From NCBI GenBank assembly GCA_963790905.1, contig CAWBQH010000004.1:332977-364976 (forward strand): DNA of 32,000 nucleotides, given 5' to 3'. Source of the stretch: an uncultured Solirubrobacteraceae bacterium. GTDB lineage: Bacteria > Actinomycetota > Thermoleophilia > Solirubrobacterales > Solirubrobacteraceae. A program made the translations under genes and the position numbers. A model generated the notes under the pieces. The model did no database searches, had not been told where the DNA came from, and worked only from the letters and a program-made list of their open reading frames with translations. Positions 1-8,264 of this stretch are shown in pieces; the first letter of the stretch is position 1; each line of letters starts with the position of its first letter.

Positions 1-39
1 CGGCGGAGCCCGCGGGCTGTGTCGTCGTCGAGGACGTCG

Positions 40-441
40 CTACTGACCGGTCGATTCCCTGAAGCGGGGCGTCTCGTGTGTCATCCCGATGACTTCGAAG
101 AGCCGCTCGATGGCCTGGCGTCCCGGCGTCAGGAAGAACTCACAGCCGTGCTTGCGGCAACGTTCCTGACTGGATACGATCGCCCTGACGCCCGCGGAGT
201 CGAGGAAGCCGAGCTGCCGCAGGTCCAGCACAATCTCCTTCGCGCCGGCCTCGCAGAGGGGCACGATCGCCGCCTCGAGATCGGTTGCGGTCCTGAGATC
301 CAGCTCGCCCAATAGCACGAGCGTGTGCGTGTGATCGTGCGCCGCGTCGCGAATCTCGAGCTTGCCCGTTCGCATACCTAGCCACCTGGTCGGTCTGTCG
401 GCCTCGATGTGATCGGCTGAAGATCGAGGCTCGCGGCTCAT
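40..441 (-). CDS. STAS-domain anti-sigma-factor antagonist (SpoIIAA/RsbV-like), paralogue 1
   Basis: The C-terminal part of ORF 40..582 reads LLGELDLRTATDLE...LDLRQLGFLDSAGVRAIV...RLFEVIGM, a typical STAS fold signature with the D-S-x-G phospho-serine loop. The ATG at 439-441 overlaps the TGA of the upstream STAS gene (ATGA). An alternative ATG lies at 375. Confidence 0.8.
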   Translation of the reverse strand: MSREPRSSADHIEADRPTRWLGMRTGKLEIRDAAHDHTHTLVLLGELDLRTATDLEAAIVPLCEAGAKEIVLDLRQLGFLDSAGVRAIVSSQERCRKHGCEFFLTPGRQAIERLFEVIGMTHETPRFRESTGQ

Positions 442-821
442 TGGAGTATCGTCTCGCGCGCGGGAGTCTCGCGCCCATGCCGCCTCGGGCTTGGCTCGCC
501 GAAGGGAAGCTGCTCGAGGACCTGTGTGATCTCGAACAGGCGCTGCGCCGGGTGCTGCCCGGGGGCCAGCGAGAAGGCGCACTCGTGCTCCCCGCAGCGC
601 ATCCTGCTCTGTAGGATCGCGTTCATTCCACTGGAATCGATGAAGTCGAGGCGGCCCAGCTCAACGACGACTTCCGTCGCTCCGGTGGAGCACATTTGCG
701 CGATCGTCCTTTCAAGGAGCCCAGCGGAGGCGACGTCCAGTTCACCCTCGAGAACCACCGCGTGGCAGCCTCCATGTAGCGATGTATCGATACGGAGTCG
801 ACCCGTGCTAGCCCTGGACAT
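438..821 (-). CDS. STAS-domain anti-sigma-factor antagonist, paralogue 2
   Basis: The last 127 aa of ORF 438..1238 read VLEGELDVASAGLLE...VELGRLDFIDSSGMNAIL...RLFEITQV. The start is taken at the ATG at 819-821. The upstream 139 aa of the ORF are Arg/His-rich and do not look coding. Confidence 0.8.
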   Translation of the reverse strand: MSRASTGRLRIDTSLHGGCHAVVLEGELDVASAGLLERTIAQMCSTGATEVVVELGRLDFIDSSGMNAILQSRMRCGEHECAFSLAPGQHPAQRLFEITQVLEQLPFGEPSPRRHGRETPARETILQ

Positions 822-1060
822 TAGGATGATTGCCCCTCCATCGTCACTCGCTACCGCTCCCGCGCTGACCCTCTCGCGTAGGCGTGCCGTCGCATGCCTT
901 GCTACCCGCCCGGGGGCGGCGTCATTCATCCAGGCACGCACGGGCGCCACGCTTGAACGCGGCTCGTGGTCTACTGGGACCGCCAGCGCGCCGTCGCAGA
1001 CCTCTGCCTGTCTCCGGACGCGGGTCTGGGTCGTCCAGGCCAAGCGTGACCGCGCAAGCG

Positions 1061-1198
1061 CTATTGCAGCGGGAACAGCCGCTGATCTTCCCGCGTGATG
1101 ACCAGGGCCGTATGCGCCGCCAGCGTGATGGTCAGATAAGCGATCAGCATGATGGCGCCAAAGATCAGGACCACGGCACCGACGAAGATGTTGCGCAT
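1061..1198 (-). CDS. Possible 45-aa small hydrophobic (single-TM-like) protein
   Basis: This ORF was hand-translated and is below the track cutoff: MRNIFVGAVVLIFGAIMLIAYLTITLAAHTALVITREDQRLFPLQ*. About 82% of codons end in G/C (36 of 44), matching the local coding bias. A GAGAGGA lies upstream but only 1-2 nt from the ATG, so SD support is weak. Confidence 0.3.
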   Translation of the reverse strand: MRNIFVGAVVLIFGAIMLIAYLTITLAAHTALVITREDQRLFPLQ

Positions 1199-1370
1199 GT
1201 CCTCTCATCGAGTAGGAGGGCCGTGTGCTGAAACGCAATCAACAAATATCGGCGAAGACACGTCCGCGCGGATCGCACCGGCTGATAGCCGGGCGGATAC
1301 GCTAGAGCGGATCGCTCGAACCCCAATCCACAACGATCCGAGAACGAGATAGAACGTCCGGAGGTTCGCC

Positions 1371-1904
1371 ATGTCGCTTGACCGTCCCGTAGCCCCCGAC
1401 CCATACGAGCTCCTGCCGCAGGTCGCCGCGTTCACGCTCGAGAGCAGTGACATGCGGGACCGTCAGCCACTCGATCAGGAGTTCGCTCACCCGAGCGTCG
1501 GGGGCCGGAACGTATCGCCGGAGCTGCGCTGGTCGGGCTTCCCGCAGGAGACCGGGAGCTTCGTCGTCACCTGCTTCGATCCGGACGCCCCCACCGGGAG
1601 CGGCTTCTGGCACTGGGTCCTCGTCGGGCTGCCGTCGGACGTCACCGAGCTGCCGCGCGGCGCTGGCGGCGGCAGCGGTCTACCCCAGGGAGCTTTCCAC
1701 GTTCGAAATGACTACAGCGAGCGCTCCTATGGCGGTCCTGCGCCACCGGCCGGGGATCGGCCGCACCGCTACGTGTTCGCGGTGCATGCTGTCGACGTCG
1801 AGAAGCTGGAAGTCACGGAGGAGGCTTCACCCGCATATGTCGGCTTCAATCTCACATTTCACGCGCTCGCTCGCGCGGTGATCCGGCCAACCTTCAAGGC
1901 CTGA
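1371..1904 (+). CDS. YbhB/YbcL-family phosphatidylethanolamine-binding (Raf-kinase-inhibitor-like) protein
   Basis: The 177-aa ORF carries PEBP signatures CFDPDAPTGSGFWHWV and GPAPPAGDRPHRYVFAVHALD-like (here HRYVFAVHAVD). A GGAGG at 1360-1364 lies 6 nt before the ATG. Confidence 0.9.
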   Translation: MSLDRPVAPDPYELLPQVAAFTLESSDMRDRQPLDQEFAHPSVGGRNVSPELRWSGFPQETGSFVVTCFDPDAPTGSGFWHWVLVGLPSDVTELPRGAGGGSGLPQGAFHVRNDYSERSYGGPAPPAGDRPHRYVFAVHAVDVEKLEVTEEASPAYVGFNLTFHALARAVIRPTFKA

Positions 1905-2023
1905 GCGCCGTATCCCGTGCCGCACTCAGCGGGACGCGATCGGGCCAGCAGGCCGGCGTTTCGCTGCGCAAACCACGTCAGACAGCGCCGGCCCGAGCGG
2001 GTTTGCACCCAGTTTCGCCCCAT

Positions 2024-2047
2024 GTTGCGCTAAGTAAAGTCGGGTTT
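2024..2047 (+). promoter_or_regulatory. Candidate alternative-sigma (SigB/SigF-type) promoter-like element GTTG-N14-GGGTTT
   Basis: The sequence gttgcgctaagtaaagtcgggttt sits in the only AT-rich patch of the 1905-2188 spacer, upstream of STAS paralogue 3. The resemblance to GTTT-N14-17-GGGTAT is partial. Confidence 0.2.
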
Positions 2048-2188
2048 TTGCCAGGGCGCGGCCCGCTCGCTACCATCGATCGTGCGCTCATTGCGGGTCG
2101 CAGACGAGTACGGTCGGCACAACGGACTGCGCCTCGGGTGTCCATGGGTGGAATGCCGCCGCGCCGAAGTCTTCTGAAGGAGGGAGCG

Positions 2189-2254
2189 ATGGAAGATGTT
2201 TGCCGTTTTGGAGCGAGACTGAGCCTGTCCATGCACCGAAGGGCCCGGCGATGA
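2189..2254 (+). CDS. Possible 21-aa leader ORF (MEDVCRFGARLSLSMHRRARR) coupled to STAS paralogue 3
   Basis: One of the strongest SDs I spotted in the window (GAAGGAGGGAG, GGAGG at 2179-2183) lies 5 nt before the ATG at 2189. Its TGA (2252-2254) overlaps the STAS ATG (2251-2253). Codon usage is atypical (many A/T-ending codons), so it may be regulatory rather than a stable product. Confidence 0.25.
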   Translation: MEDVCRFGARLSLSMHRRARR

Positions 2255-2595
2255 GCGCTGCTCCCCCGAGCTTCACGGTGGAGGACGTCGGCTCCGCCTC
2301 TGCGCAGACGCTCGCGCTGTCCGGAGAGCTTGACATCGCCTCGGCGCCGATGCTCGAAGCGGCGTTTGCCGCCCGCTGCGAGACCGGCAGGAACGTGATG
2401 GTGCTTGACCTGAGTCAGCTCACGTTCATGGACTCGACCGGGCTGCGAGCGCTGATCGCCGCAAACGAGCTGTGCGCGCAGCACGGACGCGAGCTGTCCC
2501 TCACCGGCGCGACCGGCCCGGTGCGGCGCCTTCTCGAGCTGACGGGAGCCATTGACGCTCTGCCGGTTCACGGCAGGCGCAGCGCCGGCGCGTGA
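2251..2595 (+). CDS. STAS-domain anti-sigma-factor antagonist, paralogue 3
   Basis: MSAAPPSFTVEDVGSASAQTLALSGELDIASAPMLE...LDLSQLTFMDSTGLRALI...RLLELTGA. The start is chosen at ATG 2251, with a weak GAAGGG 7 nt upstream. The track ORF begins at TTG 2200. Confidence 0.8.
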   Translation: MSAAPPSFTVEDVGSASAQTLALSGELDIASAPMLEAAFAARCETGRNVMVLDLSQLTFMDSTGLRALIAANELCAQHGRELSLTGATGPVRRLLELTGAIDALPVHGRRSAGA

Positions 2596-2608
2596 CCGTC
2601 GGGATTCG

Positions 2609-2627
2609 GCGCGCAGCCCGTGGCGCG

Positions 2628-2628
<1 letters not shown>
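2609..2628. terminator. Weak GC hairpin between convergent STAS3 and MFS genes
   Basis: gcgcgc (2609-2614) and gcgcgc (2623-2628) form a 6-bp stem with an 8-nt loop and no U tract. The hairpin touches the MFS stop codon. Confidence 0.3.
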
Positions 2629-4664
<2,036 letters not shown>

Positions 4665-4815
4665 TCAGCTCCTCAGCATCGCGAGCGCAGAGCGCTCGGC
4701 AGGCCGCCGGCTGGAAGATGCCGAGCGAGCAGATGCCCGCGCAACGTCATGGCATCGAGGTTACCCGCAGCCGCTGATCGGCGAGCGCCACCGGGCACAC
4801 GCCAGAGAGGGCCGC

Positions 4816-4839
4816 GCCGCGCGGCTCGAGCCGCGCGGC
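4816..4839. terminator. Perfect 24-bp palindrome / hairpin (gccgcgcgg-ctcgag-ccgcgcggc)
   Basis: The 9-bp GC stem and 6-nt loop lie 34 nt downstream of the hydrolase stop (4873, minus strand) and about 155 nt upstream of the MFS start (4661). No U tract follows. Confidence 0.5.
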
Positions 4840-4872
4840 GATCTCATCTCGCTGCCGTGCAGACGCTCTCGA

Positions 4873-6321
4873 TCAGAGGCCTTCGAGGAACGGCACGAGG
4901 TGGTTCATGAATTCGTTTTCGGGATAGGCGCCGGCCGGGTCGTTGTGAGCGTAGGTGTCTTCCTCGTCGATCAACGTGAGGTTTTCGCTCGGGATTTTCG
5001 ACTGTTCAGCGAGGATTTCCGCCGACGTCAGCGTGCTGAACCCTTTACCCAGCAGCTTGTCGAGTTCCGTGCTGATCGCCAGGATGTGCAGGGACGTCGG
5101 CAGTTCGTGCCCGTGGATGGCGTCCTCGCCGAGGACGGTCTGCGCGGGGTTGGCGTTGCCCTCGTCGACTGCGCTCGTGTCGATCGTCAGCCTTTCCGGG
5201 AAATACCACTCGCTGCCGTTTGCGTTGAACAGGCCGCTGCCGGAGAGCATTTCGGCGTAGCGCTGGATCGGGGTGATCGCGCCCGTCCCGTTCCAGCCCC
5301 AAGGTTCGCCCGGCGCCGGTTCCATGAGCCCTTCTCCAGCGTGCACCTGGGCCGCCGCGAGGTTTGGCGGCGACGTGCCGACGTTGACGCCGTAGGCGAA
5401 CCCGGCTTCGTTGGTGCTCGGCACCACTTCGCCCGATTTGTTGCGCGTCTTCAGGGATTCGGGCAGGAATATGAATTTCCCGAGCTGCGCTTCTTCGTGC
5501 GGCGCGAGGTGCGCGAGCGTCGCACCGAGCATCCCGAACAGGCCGAGGTCCGGTGATGGGATCCCGCCGAACGCGAGCCACGGCGAGCTTGTCGACAGTT
5601 TCGTGAGCGCTTCTTCCGCTTCCTGCGCGCTGATCGCCGTCGGGCTGCTGCCGCCGTCGTCGTAGACGAGACCCGACAGGCCGTCGGCTCCCGGTTTGCC
5701 GCCGAAGTCCCAGGTCGCGTAGGCCGTCACCACCGAGCCGCCGAGCGAGTGGCCGCCAAGGACCACTTTGCCGCCGAGCGCTTTTGCGGCTTCGATCACG
5801 ATGTGCAGGTCCTGGACCGCGACGTTCATGCCCCATTCGCGCGCGCCATCCTTGACCGCCCTGTGTTCTTCGAGCCCTACGAAGTGGCGTTCTTCGTTCG
5901 CTTCGTCGAGATAGCCGAGGTAGTAGTGGAAGAACTGCGCCGGTGTGACCTCACCGCGCTTGAACTTGTTGAGCTCCGTCTGGTCCTCGAGGCGGTTCTC
6001 GCGGCGTTCCACCGACCATACCTGCCATCCCGGCTCTTTTTCGACCAGCCACTTCGCAAACGGCACGAAGTACGCCGCGGCCGCGGACGTTCCCGGCTCC
6101 AGCACGAGCACGTTCGTGGCGAGCTTCGAGCCGATCTCGATCAAGCCGACCTTGTCGAGCCTGGAAGGGGTTGCTGGTGCCGCATACCCGTCCATCCAGA
6201 TTTTTTCCACCCTCACGCCGCGTTTGGCCGCGCTGCTCACCGGCGCCAATGCCATCGACGCGGCCGCGATCGCAACCGTTACCAGCGCAAGCCGGCACAG
6301 GCTGCTCGTTCTCAGATGCAT
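4873..6321 (-). CDS. Secreted alpha/beta-fold hydrolase (lipase/esterase-like)
   Basis: A GHSLGG nucleophile elbow is present, with an N-terminal signal-like sequence MHLRTSSLCRLALVTVAIAAASMALAPVSSA. The ATG at 6319-6321 is preceded by a GGAGG (6329-6333 on the minus strand) at 7 nt. The track ORF starts 13 codons earlier. Confidence 0.8.
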   Translation of the reverse strand: MHLRTSSLCRLALVTVAIAAASMALAPVSSAAKRGVRVEKIWMDGYAAPATPSRLDKVGLIEIGSKLATNVLVLEPGTSAAAAYFVPFAKWLVEKEPGWQVWSVERRENRLEDQTELNKFKRGEVTPAQFFHYYLGYLDEANEERHFVGLEEHRAVKDGAREWGMNVAVQDLHIVIEAAKALGGKVVLGGHSLGGSVVTAYATWDFGGKPGADGLSGLVYDDGGSSPTAISAQEAEEALTKLSTSSPWLAFGGIPSPDLGLFGMLGATLAHLAPHEEAQLGKFIFLPESLKTRNKSGEVVPSTNEAGFAYGVNVGTSPPNLAAAQVHAGEGLMEPAPGEPWGWNGTGAITPIQRYAEMLSGSGLFNANGSEWYFPERLTIDTSAVDEGNANPAQTVLGEDAIHGHELPTSLHILAISTELDKLLGKGFSTLTSAEILAEQSKIPSENLTLIDEEDTYAHNDPAGAYPENEFMNHLVPFLEGL

Positions 6322-6456
6322 CCGTTCCCCTCCTCGATCACCCCGACGGCGGAACGCCATCCCGGATACCGCTCAGACGCTACTCCGGCAGGTCGGCCGC
6401 CGCAATGACGTTCTGCCGAACCTCAGCGCCCTTATCTGTGCAGATGCACAAGCGGA

Positions 6457-7647
6457 TCAAGCGCTCGGCTCCTGGAGCACGCCCGAGGAGCCATTGCCGG
6501 CGCTCTGCATCGCCACGTACACACACGCCAGGTCGCGTGGGCTGCCGAGGTCAAGGCCGGTCAGCTCCTCGATCCGCCTGAGCCTATAGGCGAGCGTGTT
6601 GCGGTGCACGTGCAGCGCGGCACTCGCAGCCGTGCGGTCCAGGCGGCAGTCGAACAGCGTCTCGAGGGTGTGGGCGAGCTCCGCGCGGTCACCGACGGCC
6701 ATCGGCGCGAGGATCCGCATCCGCAGCCGCTCGATCAGCCGTTGCGAGCGGCCGGCGATGATCTCCAGCAGGTTGTCCTCGACCCTCAACACGCCCGTCA
6801 ACCCGATCCGCCGGCCGTGCTCTGCGAGCACCACCAGCTCCTCGCGCGCGGCGAGCAGGTCCCTGCGTGGCGTCGGCTCGTCGATCGCCAGCAGCACCTC
6901 TCCTCCCGCGCCCAGGTCGGAGAGCTCGAGCGGCTTCCAGGTCAGGCCGAGCACGCAGTCGTTGTGTGTGACGGTCAGCCCGAAGCCGGCACGGCGCAGC
7001 TGGGCTGCGAGCGCAGCATGCCTGTGCGGCGGCTGTCCGGGAAGCACCGCGGCGAACGCCGAGTAGAAGCGTTCGACAGGAACGCCGAGCCTCTCGGCGA
7101 GCTCGGTCTCGTGAGCGTCGAGCGGCGAGTCGATGCACAGCCGCTCCAGCAGGGCCTGCGTGCGGCGCTCCTCCTCGGAGACGAGCAGCTCGCGCTCGGC
7201 GAGGTAGGTCTCCGTGACGACCGTCGAGATCTGCGTCACGTACTGCGCAAGCAGGCCGGCGAGCTCGAGCAGCGCATCTGACTCGTCGCTGCGTGCGTGG
7301 CGCCGCAAGAGCTGCCAGCCAAGCTGGTGCAGCAAGCCGAACGAGCGCAGCAGGTCCTCGAGGCGAACGCCCTCCGCGGCGCGCGCTCGGGCCCATCCGC
7401 GCAGCGGCTCGAAGTCCTCTTCGGTCGGCATCACACCGGTCGAGAGGAAGCGGGTCCAGCGTCTGAGGCTGCGCCGAAGGCCGAGCACGATGTCGGCGTG
7501 CGAGTCCTCCGAGACATGCTCGAACGCAGCCACGCTCGCCTCCAGCCGCGCGGCCATCTCAGCGGCCACCTCGCCGGGCGGGATACGCGCCACGATCGCG
7601 GCCGCCCCAGCCTGCCTCTCGCCCGCCTGTGAGCCCATGCAGTCCAT
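6457..7647 (-). CDS. PucR/CdaR-family transcriptional regulator
   Basis: The C-terminal HTH reads ETLFDCRLDRTAASAALHVHRNTLAYRLRRIEELTGLDL, characteristic of the PucR C-terminal domain. The start is taken at ATG 7645-7647 (alternative 7638). The track ORF extension to 8556 overlaps the opposite-strand lipoprotein gene. Confidence 0.8.
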   Translation of the reverse strand: MDCMGSQAGERQAGAAAIVARIPPGEVAAEMAARLEASVAAFEHVSEDSHADIVLGLRRSLRRWTRFLSTGVMPTEEDFEPLRGWARARAAEGVRLEDLLRSFGLLHQLGWQLLRRHARSDESDALLELAGLLAQYVTQISTVVTETYLAERELLVSEEERRTQALLERLCIDSPLDAHETELAERLGVPVERFYSAFAAVLPGQPPHRHAALAAQLRRAGFGLTVTHNDCVLGLTWKPLELSDLGAGGEVLLAIDEPTPRRDLLAAREELVVLAEHGRRIGLTGVLRVEDNLLEIIAGRSQRLIERLRMRILAPMAVGDRAELAHTLETLFDCRLDRTAASAALHVHRNTLAYRLRRIEELTGLDLGSPRDLACVYVAMQSAGNGSSGVLQEPSA

Positions 7648-7774
7648 TATCTGCCGAAGCTGCGCCCGCGAGCGCACTCGTCCGCGTCCGCGTGCGACGT
7701 TAAGGTTGACGCTCCTCACGTTCGCCCTGCTCGCAGCGCCGAACGCGAGCGTCCTGTCAAGCAAAGGGGACCGA
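7648..7774. promoter_or_regulatory. Divergent promoter region (PucR regulator / lipoprotein)
   Basis: This 127-nt spacer lies between divergent starts. It contains TTGACG at about 7707 and an AAAGGGGA SD 5 nt before GTG 7775. No clean -10 was identified. Confidence 0.3.
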
Positions 7775-8206
7775 GTGATACGAACGCTTTCGCAATGCCT
7801 AGCCATCGTGCTCCTCGGCGGAGCGCTGCTCGTCGGATGCGGCGGCGGCGGTTCGAGCACGACGAGCTCGACGAGGACCGCGAGCACGCCTGCGGCCGCG
7901 ACCACGCCTGCGGCCGCGACCACGCCGACCTCAACGAGCTCAGCTCCTGCAGCAGCCGGGTCGGCCTCGAGCGCCGCAGGCCTCGCGCAAGTCGCGGCGG
8001 TGTGCAAATCGGTGATCGAAAAGCAGCCGGCGATCCCGGCGCATCTGAAGGCCAGGGTCGAAGGCATCTGCCACAAAGCGGCCAGCGGCGATCTCGCAGG
8101 TGCACGCGCGGCAGCCCAGGAAGTCTGCGCCGAAGTCATCAAGGCCTCGCCGATCCCCTCCGCATCCAAGCAGCAGGCGCTCGCGTCCTGTAGAAGCATC
8201 AAATAG
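7775..8206 (+). CDS. Small lipoprotein with Ser/Thr/Pro/Ala linker and a four-Cys helical domain
   Basis: A GTG start is followed by IRTLSQCLAIVLLGGALLVGC|GGGG (lipobox L-V-G-C). A low-complexity STPA linker follows, then two Cys-bracketed segments. The sequence is in frame with track ORF 7214..8206. Confidence 0.65.
   Translation: MIRTLSQCLAIVLLGGALLVGCGGGGSSTTSSTRTASTPAAATTPAAATTPTSTSSAPAAAGSASSAAGLAQVAAVCKSVIEKQPAIPAHLKARVEGICHKAASGDLAGARAAAQEVCAEVIKASPIPSASKQQALASCRSIK
7886..7926 (+). repeat. 18-bp tandem repeat acgcctgcggccgcgacc x2.3 (encodes TPAAAT repeats)
   Basis: Two exact copies lie at 7886-7903 and 7904-7921, followed by a partial third copy (acgcc). Confidence 0.9.
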
Positions 8207-8264
8207 CGGCCCGCCCCGGCGCCGCGGCACTTCGCGTCGGCACGACGGCGGCGCAGGGTCGCGC

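Noticed and set aside
19-315. A 98-aa plus-strand ORF at the left edge
   Set aside because: It is antisense to STAS paralogue 1, whose motifs are clear, and it has no recognisable features.
438-1238. A 266-aa version of STAS paralogue 2
   Set aside because: The N-terminal 139 aa are His/Arg-rich with non-coding-like composition. The STAS fold begins about 25 aa after ATG 821.
1215-1302. A plus-strand GGAGG (1215-1219) followed by GTG 1225 and a 26-codon basic ORF
   Set aside because: The ORF is very short and has low GC3 and no recognisable features. The GGAGG may be coincidental, as it is the complement of sequence near the minus-strand small ORF start.
8221-8252. A possible terminator between the convergent lipoprotein gene and the 214-aa gene
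   Set aside because: Only two separate 5-bp pairings (gccgc/gcggc and cgtcg/cgacg) with internal mismatches are available. This is not convincing as a stable hairpin.
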